Source: an uncultured Bacteroidota bacterium
GTDB taxonomy: Bacteria; Bacteroidota; Bacteroidia; UBA7662
DNA: 47,939 bases
Assembly: GCA_903856555.1 (NCBI GenBank)
Contig: CAIOCC010000103.1
Span: 1-47,939 of the forward strand
Reading direction: 5' to 3'
In this document: positions 35,948 to 44,846 of the stretch, piece after piece
How the letters are laid out: every line of letters starts with the position of its first letter
How positions within the stretch are numbered: the first letter of the stretch is position 1
Position numbers and translations under genes: made by a program
Notes under the pieces: generated by a model
Databases searched by the model: none
What the model was told of the DNA's origin: nothing
What the model saw: the letters and a program-made list of their open reading frames with translations, nothing else

Positions 35948-37405
35948 TCAATCAAGACCCTGTTCGGTAGAAATTTCAGAGGTTCTGGGCCGTGGTTGAA
36001 GGCCGATTTCCTGCCCGATTCGGAGCATTAAATCATAGGCTTGCTCCTGGTTGTTTTCGATTTCTCCGTCCAAGATGGCCTGGCGGATTCGATTTTTGAT
36101 CACACCGACCTGCCGACCCGGCTCCAATCCAAAGCAAGCCATAATCTCGGCGCCGCCCAACGGAGGTTGCCAAAGGCGCATGCGGTCCGCCTCGGATACC
36201 GCCTTGAGCCGCTGGTCCAGGTCCTCAAAATTGCGGAGGTAGCGTTGAACCTTGGCTTCGTTTTTGGAGGTGATATCGGCCCGGCACAATTCCATCAAGT
36301 CATCGATGTCCTCGCCCACCTCAAAAAGCAAACGCCGCATGGCCGAATCGCTGACTTTGTTTTTGGTCAAGGCAATAGGCCGGAGGTGCAGGCGGACCAG
36401 GTTCTGGACCTTTTGCATGGTGTGATCCAGGGGTAATTTGAAATGCCGAAAAATGCGGGGAACCATGCGGGCTCCCAATTCTTCGTGTCCATGAAAGGTC
36501 CAACCGTGCTCGGGGTCGAATTTTTGGGTTTGGGGTTTGGCAATATCGTGCAGCAGGGCCGCCCATCGCAGCCACAGGTCCTCGGATCGTAACACCAGGT
36601 TTTCGACCACCTGGAGGGTATGGTAAAAATTATCTTTATGGCCTTGACCATTAATCACCTTGACCCCCTGCATCCGAGTAAGTTCCGGAAAAATGAGAGC
36701 CAGGATTCCGGCATCAAAAAGCAAACCCAATCCTTTGGCCGGCCGTTGACTGAGCAGGATTTTGTTGAACTCATCGGTAATCCGCTCCATGGAGACAATG
36801 CGAATACGCTCCGCTTCGCGGCCCATGGCTTGAATGGTTTCGGGGTCCAGTTCAAATCCCAATTGAGCTGCAAAGCGGGCGGCCCGTAGCATGCGCAGCG
36901 GGTCGTCCGAAAAAGTAAGCGTCGGTTCCAAGGGGGTCACCAATCGTCGGGCCTCCAAATCGCGGATGCCGTTGTAGTTATCAATCCAACGCCCGTATTG
37001 GGGGTACAATTCAAAAGCCAAGGCGTTGATGCTAAAATCGCGTCGGGCCAAATCATCCTCCAGCGTCCCCGTGCTGACCACTGGTTTGCGGCTATCGCGG
37101 TCGTAGGATTCTTTGCGGGCCCCCACTACTTCAAACTGAAGGCCGTTGTGATGAACCATGGCCGTTCCAAAATTTTTGAAAGCGTGCACCTTGGGCCGGC
37201 CGGGTAGGTTGGCAGCCCAGGCCTCTGCAAAATCCGGACCGGAACCCAAGACCAGCAGGTCGATGTCCTTGACCGGACGATGCAAAAGGGCGTCTCGTAA
37301 CACACCGCCTACCAGATAGCACGGAGTTTGGGTTTGCTCCGCCGTTTCGATGGCGATGTCCAAGGCCTCAAGGCCAAGAATTTCTTCGATTCCTACCAAA
37401 CGCAC
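35948..37405 (-). CDS. cca: CCA tRNA nucleotidyltransferase / poly(A) polymerase family protein with HD domain
   Basis: PCYLVGGVLRDALLHRPVKDIDLLV (GG..RD, DxD), RRDFSINA, and the HD region LLHDIAKP. I prefer GTG 37405 (MRLVGIEEIL...). The longest ORF starts at GTG 37504 and would overlap the upstream GT39 gene by 32 nt. A perfect minus-strand TAACTTTG box lies at 37468-37475. Confidence 0.8.
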   Translation of the reverse strand: MRLVGIEEILGLEALDIAIETAEQTQTPCYLVGGVLRDALLHRPVKDIDLLVLGSGPDFAEAWAANLPGRPKVHAFKNFGTAMVHHNGLQFEVVGARKESYDRDSRKPVVSTGTLEDDLARRDFSINALAFELYPQYGRWIDNYNGIRDLEARRLVTPLEPTLTFSDDPLRMLRAARFAAQLGFELDPETIQAMGREAERIRIVSMERITDEFNKILLSQRPAKGLGLLFDAGILALIFPELTRMQGVKVINGQGHKDNFYHTLQVVENLVLRSEDLWLRWAALLHDIAKPQTQKFDPEHGWTFHGHEELGARMVPRIFRHFKLPLDHTMQKVQNLVRLHLRPIALTKNKVSDSAMRRLLFEVGEDIDDLMELCRADITSKNEAKVQRYLRNFEDLDQRLKAVSEADRMRLWQPPLGGAEIMACFGLEPGRQVGVIKNRIRQAILDGEIENNQEQAYDLMLRIGQEIGLQPRPRTSEISTEQGLD

Positions 37406-37472
37406 GTTGCTGATTTCTGGGGGGCTGATTTTTGGGGGAAGGGTGTCAAGGCCTGGGGAGCAATCCTCAAAG

Positions 37473-39125
37473 TTAAGGTTTGATTTGATAGATACCCGAT
37501 ACACCGGTGACTTGGGGGCGGGTCTTGGGATTCAGAAAGGCCGGGGTGAGGCGGGTGACCCGATGGGTCGGAATTTCTCGGAGGGCCTTGACCTTGAAGC
37601 CCCGTTCTTGGAGCGTGCGGATGCAAGAACGCCCACTGTACACAAGGTAGGTTTGACCGACTTGGAGGGAGTCCGGGTTCAAGGTTGGCACGATTCGACG
37701 GGTGTAAAAATGCAAGGCGTGAACGGATTCATCGTCGCAATCCCAGCGCCACAAAACCGGGGCAAGGCCTTTTTGGCTGGCCCAGCGTCCCAACTGCGAT
37801 GAGCCTTGGTAAGTCATCAAAACCGGCCAAGCCAACCCGTTGAGGAGAATCAACAAGAGCAGCATGCCCCCGCCTGCCCAGCCCAGGGTCGCCTTGCCAA
37901 CGAGGGCGGGTAGCTTGGAGCGCAGGAGCCAGGCCAGTAGGCCCAGAACTAGAACCAGCAGGATCGCCGATGGAAAGGTGCCCATGGCAAAATCGCATAG
38001 AAGGAGACCGCCCCCCAAAAGCAAGGCCGTTGCTCCGATCAGGGGCCGCGACCAGGACAGGCGTCGGTCTTCGTCCAACCACCACCGCACCAAGAGGAGG
38101 CTTTGAAAAGGCCACAAAATGTAGACATAGTGCGGTAGCTGAAAACGACTTAGGCTGAGGCCCAAGGCCAAAAGCGCCCAAGCGGTCAGGGCCTGACGCA
38201 CGGTTTCGCTATTCCAATTTCGGTATCGCAAGGCATGCCAGATGGCCGCGGGTAACATCAACGACCAAGGGGCGTAGGACCAAAGGAGGTTGTGAAAAAC
38301 AAAGGTGGGATCCGCGCGATGGGCCCAGGGATTTTCTCCGCTGATCCGTCCAAAGTTCTGGGTCCACAAATAATACCGAACCCCTTTGTGCCAGCCCCAT
38401 TGCTCCCAAAGGGCCCCCAACCATGGCAGCAGAAGGAGAATCATCCAAAGCAGTCCCCACCAAAAAGCCGGACGCCGCAGGAGGGTGTAGCGGTTGCTCC
38501 ACAACGCATCCCCACCGTGCACGGCCACCAGGGCCATCAAGGCCAAGGGACCTTTGGCGAGCATGCCCAATGCCGTGAACCCAAAGGCCGCCAGGGCATG
38601 CAAGGGCCGGTTGTTCTGCTTCCAGACCTGGGCCTGCCAACCGGCCAAGGTCACCAAGGCGACCAACAGGGTGTCGGTGCGCACATCCTGCAGCATCAAC
38701 CCGGTCCCCAGGTTAACCCCGTAGAAGAGACGAGCCGGCCACAAGGCCTGGGGCCCCATCAAGGCCCCCGCCCACCGTCCAATGGCCCAGATACCCACCA
38801 ACCCCATCAGCACCGAAAAAAGCTTGGCACCGGCAGCCGTTGAACCCAACAAGCGGGTTCCCCAGGCGGCACACCAAAAAACCAAGGGAGGCTTGTCGGG
38901 GTAGCCCTTGGATTGGTACAGCGCACCGTGCTCATGCAGGGCCATCCAAGGCGAACCCATGTTCATCTCCTGGCCCATGGACGCGTATTGAGCCGCGTCG
39001 ACTTCCATGAGATCCACCCGCAGTCCGGCCACGACGGCCACCACCGCCAAGCCAGCCAGGAGCCATCCTCCCAAGGTCCAAGTAGTTTGGTTTAGCGATC
39101 CCAAAGGTTGTATTTCAAAATACAA
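37473..39125 (-). CDS. GT-C fold glycosyltransferase, family 39 / ArnT-like (polyprenyl-phosphate-sugar dependent)
   Basis: MEVDAAQYASMGQEM, YPDKPPLVFW, about 12 TM helices and a soluble C-terminal ~100 aa. The start is uncertain: TTG 39125, 39104 or 39074, with no ATG before the first TM. Confidence 0.75.
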   Translation of the reverse strand: MYFEIQPLGSLNQTTWTLGGWLLAGLAVVAVVAGLRVDLMEVDAAQYASMGQEMNMGSPWMALHEHGALYQSKGYPDKPPLVFWCAAWGTRLLGSTAAGAKLFSVLMGLVGIWAIGRWAGALMGPQALWPARLFYGVNLGTGLMLQDVRTDTLLVALVTLAGWQAQVWKQNNRPLHALAAFGFTALGMLAKGPLALMALVAVHGGDALWSNRYTLLRRPAFWWGLLWMILLLLPWLGALWEQWGWHKGVRYYLWTQNFGRISGENPWAHRADPTFVFHNLLWSYAPWSLMLPAAIWHALRYRNWNSETVRQALTAWALLALGLSLSRFQLPHYVYILWPFQSLLLVRWWLDEDRRLSWSRPLIGATALLLGGGLLLCDFAMGTFPSAILLVLVLGLLAWLLRSKLPALVGKATLGWAGGGMLLLLILLNGLAWPVLMTYQGSSQLGRWASQKGLAPVLWRWDCDDESVHALHFYTRRIVPTLNPDSLQVGQTYLVYSGRSCIRTLQERGFKVKALREIPTHRVTRLTPAFLNPKTRPQVTGVSGIYQIKP

Positions 39126-39829
39126 TAGATGGCCCTAAAGCCGTCCTTCCAATTGATTTTCTTGCCCTCATCGTAGGTGCGGCCGTAATACGATATGCCG
39201 ACCTCGTAGAGTCGTATGCCCGGGACCCTGGACAATCGGGCGGTGATTTCGGGTTCAAAACCAAAGCGGTTTTCTTTCAAGGTCAAACCCTGAGCAATGG
39301 GGGTTCGAATCATTTTGTAACAAGTCTCCATATCCGTCAAGTTGAGGTTGGTCAGACCGTTGCTCAAAAACGTGAGAAATTTGTTTCCAATCGTATGCCA
39401 AAAGAAGAGGATCCGGTGGGGGTTGCCTCCCATAAAGCGCGATCCGTAGACGGCATCGGCCCTCCCGTTTTGGAGCGGGGCCAGCAGCAAGGCAAATTCC
39501 TTGGGATCGTATTCGAGGTCCGCATCCTGGACCACAACGTACGAGAGGGAAGCCATGGCCAAGCCGGTTCGCAGGGCATGTCCCTTGCCTTGGTTGCGGT
39601 CCAAATGCCGTATCCTGAGGGGGCGCTGGGGGTGCTGGGCCCGGTATTCGTCCAAGAGGGGCCCGGTCTTATCGCTGGAGCAGTCATTGACCACAATCAC
39701 TTCTCTAGCCAGATTATCAGGTAGTTCTGTTTCAAACAAAAGATCCAAAATTCGAACAATGGTCTTCTCTTCGTTGTAGGCGGGGACCAAAATGCTCAGG
39801 CCGGTTGGATGGGTGGGTTCGGGGGTCAA
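39092..39829 (-). CDS. Family 2 glycosyltransferase (polyprenyl-phosphate sugar synthase-like, DPM1/ArnC-type GT-A)
   Basis: LSILVPAYNEE, VIVVNDCSSDKTG, VVQDADLEYDP (DxD). 245 aa. The longest ORF starts at TTG 39829. Confidence 0.8.
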   Translation of the reverse strand: MTPEPTHPTGLSILVPAYNEEKTIVRILDLLFETELPDNLAREVIVVNDCSSDKTGPLLDEYRAQHPQRPLRIRHLDRNQGKGHALRTGLAMASLSYVVVQDADLEYDPKEFALLLAPLQNGRADAVYGSRFMGGNPHRILFFWHTIGNKFLTFLSNGLTNLNLTDMETCYKMIRTPIAQGLTLKENRFGFEPEITARLSRVPGIRLYEVGISYYGRTYDEGKKINWKDGFRAIYCILKYNLWDR

Positions 39830-39912
39830 GGGAGTTCTTTTGACCGCAAATCAAAGCAAGAATACCGGGACCGCTGCACTTGGCCTTTACTTTGCGTCCC
39901 TAAACCCCCCTC

Positions 39913-42327
39913 ATGGCCAAGAACCTATTGATTGTGGAATCTCCCGCCAAGGCCAAAACCATCGGTGGTTATTTGGGCGATGATTTTGTTGTGAAGTCAT
40001 CCTACGGGCATATCCGGGATCTAGCCAAAGGCAACCATGCGGTCAAGGTCGATCAGGGCTATGCCCCGGAATACCTAGTCCCGGATGACAAAAAAGCCAT
40101 CGTCAGCGAGCTCAAAAAGTTGGCCAAAAGTTCAGACCTCGTTTGGCTGGCATCGGACGAAGACCGGGAGGGGGAGGCCATTGCCTGGCATTTGCAGGAG
40201 GTCTTGGCCCTTCCTGATGCCAAGGTGCGACGTATTGTTTTCCACGAAATCACCAAACCGGCCATTACCAAAGCGGTGGCCAACCCCCGTCGAATCGATG
40301 TGGACCTGGTGATGGCCCAGCAGGCCCGCCGCATCCTGGATCGCCTGGTTGGATTTGAGTTGTCTCCCCTTCTTTGGCGCAAAGTCAAGCCGGGATTATC
40401 GGCCGGTCGGGTCCAATCGGTCGCCGTTCGTTTGTTGGTTGAGAGGGAACGCGAAATCCACGCCTTTGTTCCCCATGCGGCATTCCGCGTGAACGGATGG
40501 TTTAGGTCCGAAGCCAGCACCTTCAAGACCGAATTGAACAAGCGATTCGAAAAAGAAGAGGAAGTCGCCCTTTGGCTGAACAAGGCCATGCCCCTGGCTT
40601 GGTCTGTCAACGCCATCGAAAAGAAACCCCTGTCCAAAAGCCCCGCCGCACCTTTCACCACCTCGACCTTGCAGCAGGAAGCCTCCCGCAAGCTCCGCTT
40701 TGGGGTCAAGAAAACAATGCGCGTTGCGCAGACCCTCTACGAAGCAGGTTACATCACCTACATGCGTACGGACAGTGTGAACCTCTCGGAAACCGCCTTG
40801 CAGGAGGCTCGTGAATCGATTTTGGAAGCCTACGGTCCGGAATACCATCAGCAAAGGCAATTCAAAACCAAATCAGCCAGTGCACAGGAGGCTCACGAAG
40901 CGATTCGCCCCACGGATTTTAAGCGGCCTCATCTTGCGGACCTCGAAAAAGACCAACAGTCGCTTTACGAGTTGATTTGGAAGCGCGCGGTGGCCAGTCA
41001 AATGGCCGAGGCCAAAATCGAAAAAACCAAAATCACCTTGGCAACCCCCGATTTGGTCGAGCACTTTGCCACCGAAGGCGAGGTCGTCCTTTTTGACGGA
41101 TTTCTCAAACTTTATATCGAAGGCAACGACGAGGAGGACACGGAACGCAACGATGAAAACAGCGCATCTTCGGGCCGCTTGCCTTTGTTACGCCAGGGAG
41201 AATCGACCCCTTCGGAGCGCATGGTGGCGACCCAACGATACAGCAGGCCTCCATCTCGTTTCACCGAAGCAAGTTTGGTCAAAAAATTGGAAGAACTGGG
41301 CATTGGCCGTCCCTCCACCTACGCTCCGACCATCTCCACCGTTCAGGATCGGGGTTATGTCGAAAGCACGCTGTTGGAGGGTACCCTTCGGGACTACACG
41401 GTGCTGGAGATGGAACCGGGCCAAAGCCTGAACCGTCAGGTGATGCAGGAAACAACGGGAGCGGACAAAGGCAAACTCCGACCAACCGATATCGGGATGA
41501 TTGTGACTGATTTTTTGCTCGCAAAATTCCCCGTTGTTATGGACTATGGTTTTACCGCCGGGGTCGAAGGCAACTTTGACCAAATCGCCGGCGGCCATCT
41601 GGTATGGACCCGGATGTTGGACGAATTTTACGAACCCTTTCATCAGGCCGTTGTTGACGGGACCGAGGGGGAAAGGGTCAACGGTTCTCGGATATTGGGG
41701 CAGGTGGGGGATTTGGAATATTCGGTCCGCATGGCCCGTTACGGTGTGGTCGCTTGCAGGGTCTCGCATTCCGATCCCGAAGCCAAACCTCAGTATGCCA
41801 AGCTCAAACCGGGGATGAGCATGGAACAATTGGACCTGGAACAGGCCCTGGAGCTTTTCAAATTACCGCGTCAGTTGGCGGCCTATCTGGACAAACCGGT
41901 GAAGGTGGCCTCCGGTCGCTTTGGGCCCTATGTGCAATGGGGCGATCTCTTTGTATCAATCTCCAAGGAATACGATCCGCTTACGTTGACCGACGATGAA
42001 GCAGTGGCCTTGATTCAAGCCAAGGAAGCGGCGCTGGCCGCTCGGTTGATCAAGGATTTTCCGGACAGCGGCATCCAAGTGCTGAACGGCCGCTTTGGTC
42101 CCTACATCACGCGCAATGGCGAGAATTACCGCATCCCCAAGGGCGCGGATGCTCATTCGGCGGACGAGGCCCAATGTGTCCAATGGATTGAACAATCCCC
42201 TCCACCCAAACCTCGAAGAGGGGCCGGGGGTCGGAGCAGCGCCCGCACGACAACGGCCGCCAAATCCACGGCCAAACGAAGCTCAGCAGCCAAAAGTCCG
42301 GCTAAATCCCGCAAACCCAAGGAGTAG
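39913..42327 (+). CDS. topA: DNA topoisomerase I
   Basis: Toprim LLIVESPAKAKTIGGYLG, DEDREGEAIAWH, the active-site Tyr region GYITYMRTDS, repeated C-terminal GRFGPY motifs and a basic tail. Confidence 0.95.
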   Translation: MAKNLLIVESPAKAKTIGGYLGDDFVVKSSYGHIRDLAKGNHAVKVDQGYAPEYLVPDDKKAIVSELKKLAKSSDLVWLASDEDREGEAIAWHLQEVLALPDAKVRRIVFHEITKPAITKAVANPRRIDVDLVMAQQARRILDRLVGFELSPLLWRKVKPGLSAGRVQSVAVRLLVEREREIHAFVPHAAFRVNGWFRSEASTFKTELNKRFEKEEEVALWLNKAMPLAWSVNAIEKKPLSKSPAAPFTTSTLQQEASRKLRFGVKKTMRVAQTLYEAGYITYMRTDSVNLSETALQEARESILEAYGPEYHQQRQFKTKSASAQEAHEAIRPTDFKRPHLADLEKDQQSLYELIWKRAVASQMAEAKIEKTKITLATPDLVEHFATEGEVVLFDGFLKLYIEGNDEEDTERNDENSASSGRLPLLRQGESTPSERMVATQRYSRPPSRFTEASLVKKLEELGIGRPSTYAPTISTVQDRGYVESTLLEGTLRDYTVLEMEPGQSLNRQVMQETTGADKGKLRPTDIGMIVTDFLLAKFPVVMDYGFTAGVEGNFDQIAGGHLVWTRMLDEFYEPFHQAVVDGTEGERVNGSRILGQVGDLEYSVRMARYGVVACRVSHSDPEAKPQYAKLKPGMSMEQLDLEQALELFKLPRQLAAYLDKPVKVASGRFGPYVQWGDLFVSISKEYDPLTLTDDEAVALIQAKEAALAARLIKDFPDSGIQVLNGRFGPYITRNGENYRIPKGADAHSADEAQCVQWIEQSPPPKPRRGAGGRSSARTTTAAKSTAKRSSAAKSPAKSRKPKE

Positions 42328-42434
42328 AACAAGCCGCCTATCCACGGCCCCAGGGTCTTGGTAAAAATTGGGGAAAACTCTCTTGGCGGTGGGAGGGGGA
42401 ACCATCGCGGATTTCCCGAAATTCGTTGTTGAAA

Positions 42435-43364
42435 ATGGCACCCTCCGCTTTACCCAAAGACCCCGAATTGCAGGCGATGATTGACCTGTTGGATGATACC
42501 GATCCGGAGGTCATTGCCGAGATAACACAGGCGCTCATCAAGCGGGGGCCGGCCGTGATTCCGGTCTTGGAATCGGCTTGGGTCGGGCAATTGCCTCTCG
42601 TGGCGCGGGAGCGTATCGAGGATTTAATCCACCGAATTCAATGGTCCCAATGCCGTTCGGCCTTGATGGATTGGAACCAGAGCGACCAAAAAGATTTGTT
42701 ATCGGCCTTGATTTGGATTTCCAGAATTCGTTACCCGGACCTGGATGAAGGGGAATTGCGCAACCGTCTCGAGGCCCTTCGCATCGAGATTTGGATGGAA
42801 GTCAACGACCGGATGACCGCCCTCGAAAAGGTGCGGGTCATCAACCATGTCTTGTTTCGTTTGCACGGTTTTCGGGGCAATACCGCGAATTACAACGACC
42901 CCCAAAATTCCTGTATCAACAAGGTCCTCGAGAGCCGCAAAGGCAACCCCATTGTCTTGTGTTGCATCTACCTGTGGTTAGCGACCCGACTGGACATCCC
43001 GGTGGTGGGCGTTAATCTTCCGCAGCATTTCATCCTGGCCTATTTGGACGAAGAAGCCGAGGCCATGGGGCAGTACAAGGCGTTGTTCTACATCAATGCT
43101 TTTAACAAAGGCATGGTTTTTGGGGATAAGGAAATCGAGCGTTTTCTGGAACTGATTCACTTGCCGGCCGATCCGCGCTACTTTCGACCCTGCACCCATC
43201 ATGACATCGTGGTTCGGGTTCTCAACAACCTAATCCACGGGTATTCCGAAGCCGGCAAACAAGACGCGGTCACCGAATTGGTGGAATTGCGAGATCACTT
43301 GATCGAATTCAACCCTTGGGCCCCCGATGTGAACGAAGGGGAGGGCGATGAAGATCCGTTCTAA
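42435..43364 (+). CDS. Transglutaminase-like (SirB1/UPF0162-type) family protein with an N-terminal HEAT-like segment
   Basis: ATG 42435 gives MAPSALPKDPELQAMIDLLDDTDPEVIAEI. The core NYNDPQNSCINKVLESRKGNPIVLCCIYLWLATRLDIPVVGVNLPQHFILAY is typical of the transglutaminase-like SirB1 N-terminal family. Confidence 0.6.
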   Translation: MAPSALPKDPELQAMIDLLDDTDPEVIAEITQALIKRGPAVIPVLESAWVGQLPLVARERIEDLIHRIQWSQCRSALMDWNQSDQKDLLSALIWISRIRYPDLDEGELRNRLEALRIEIWMEVNDRMTALEKVRVINHVLFRLHGFRGNTANYNDPQNSCINKVLESRKGNPIVLCCIYLWLATRLDIPVVGVNLPQHFILAYLDEEAEAMGQYKALFYINAFNKGMVFGDKEIERFLELIHLPADPRYFRPCTHHDIVVRVLNNLIHGYSEAGKQDAVTELVELRDHLIEFNPWAPDVNEGEGDEDPF

Positions 43365-43404
43365 AGACAAAAATCCGATCTAAACCTAACGGGTGCCGCG
43401 ATGC

Positions 43405-44841
43405 TTACCGCATCAGGCGCAGAAACCAACGGGCCATTTTGGTTTTGAGAGGAGTGTAGGGGGGGTAAAAAAGCGAAGCAATGTTCGGGCGGTGGGGGTT
43501 GATCATCACCGGTTTGGCATGCGAAAAGGTTTGAAAACCGTATTGCCCGTGGTAGGTGCCCCAACCAGAAGCGCCCACGCCACCAAAGGGAAGATGCGGG
43601 TGTGAAACTTGGACAATCACATCGTTGAAGGTCAAACTCCCCGAGCAGGTTTCCTTGGTCCAGCGGCGTTGCACCTCCGGGTTGTTCGCAAAAACATAGA
43701 GACTCAAGGGTCTGGGCCGGCTATTCACAAAAGCCAAGGCCTCTTCCAAATGATTCACCCCAATCAGCGGTAGGATGGGGCCAAAAATCTCTTCTTGCAT
43801 GAGTCGCATCCCCGGTTGAACCCCCGATAGGATGGTGGGTTCTAATTGCAAACTCTTTTCGTCCCAGTTCCCGCCGCATTCAATTCGGGCCCCTTGCTCA
43901 ACGGCCTCGTGGACCAGGAGGCGCATGCGGTTCGCGTGTTCAGGATGGATTTGGCAACAGAGCGAGGAAGGGATGGAGTCGTTGTTGCGTTTGGCCTTGG
44001 TCGCGGCCGCTTGGAGCGCTTCGACCAAGGGTGGAATCATACTTCGGTTGACCAGGACATAATCAGGGGCAATGCAGGTCTGCCCGCCGTTGAGCCATTT
44101 GCCCCAATAGATTTTGGCGGCGGCCGATGCCAAGGGAGCAGATTCGTCCACATAGACCGGGGATTTGCCTCCCAATTCGAGGGTGCAGGGGATGAGTTGG
44201 TCGGCGGCCGCCAAGGCAACCTTTCGTCCTACCCGGTCGCTGCCGGTGAAAAGCATGTGGTCAAAGGGCAGGCTGCAAAGCCATGCCCCAACTGAGGCAT
44301 CCCCCGTGACCACGCGGACCACTTCGGAGCCCATGGCTTGGTCCAACAATCGAGTGAGGAGTTCCGCCGTGTTTGTCGCAAATTCGGAGGGCTTAATAAC
44401 GACCGAATTCCCAGCGGCCAGGGCGGCAATCAAAGGCATCAGAGCCAGGTTCAAGGGGTAATTCCACGGGGCGATGATCAAAACACAGCCCTTGGGTTGC
44501 CAGGCCAGTCGCGCTTTGGACAAAAGGTAGGGGAAGTGGGGTTGAACAGCGCGATCCTTCATCCACTTGCGCAGGTTCTTTTTGAAATGCCTTAGTTCCA
44601 AATACACCGGTAACAATTCGGTGAGGTTGGTTTCCACGTTGGGCTTGCCTAAATCTTTTTGGAGGGCTTCGCAGATGGCCTCTTCGTTATCCCTCAGGAC
44701 TTGGCCCAAACGGGCAAGGCGGTTCCATCGTTCACGGTAGGATTCTAGGGCCATACGGTGGCCGGCTGCCTGCAGGGTGTCCCACCATTCGGGCAAAACA
44801 AGTTGAGGTGGATCAACAGCGTGGGAAAGGCGGGTGGACAT
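43405..44841 (-). CDS. Aldehyde dehydrogenase family protein (class 3-like)
   Basis: FTGSDRVG, general-base LELGGKSP, catalytic Cys GQTCIAPDY, EEIFGPILP. It starts 5 nt after the prfB stop. Confidence 0.85.
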   Translation of the reverse strand: MSTRLSHAVDPPQLVLPEWWDTLQAAGHRMALESYRERWNRLARLGQVLRDNEEAICEALQKDLGKPNVETNLTELLPVYLELRHFKKNLRKWMKDRAVQPHFPYLLSKARLAWQPKGCVLIIAPWNYPLNLALMPLIAALAAGNSVVIKPSEFATNTAELLTRLLDQAMGSEVVRVVTGDASVGAWLCSLPFDHMLFTGSDRVGRKVALAAADQLIPCTLELGGKSPVYVDESAPLASAAAKIYWGKWLNGGQTCIAPDYVLVNRSMIPPLVEALQAAATKAKRNNDSIPSSLCCQIHPEHANRMRLLVHEAVEQGARIECGGNWDEKSLQLEPTILSGVQPGMRLMQEEIFGPILPLIGVNHLEEALAFVNSRPRPLSLYVFANNPEVQRRWTKETCSGSLTFNDVIVQVSHPHLPFGGVGASGWGTYHGQYGFQTFSHAKPVMINPHRPNIASLFYPPYTPLKTKMARWFLRLMR

Positions 44842-44846
44842 GGGAC

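Noticed and set aside
42328-42434. Terminator or riboswitch in the largest intergenic gaps (topA/TG-like, 107 nt; also 43365-43404 and 39830-39912)
   Set aside because: Only weak 5-bp stems (for example GGGAA..TTCCC) occur, with no U-tract and no conserved RNA motif that I recognise. This is not enough to call an RNA element.
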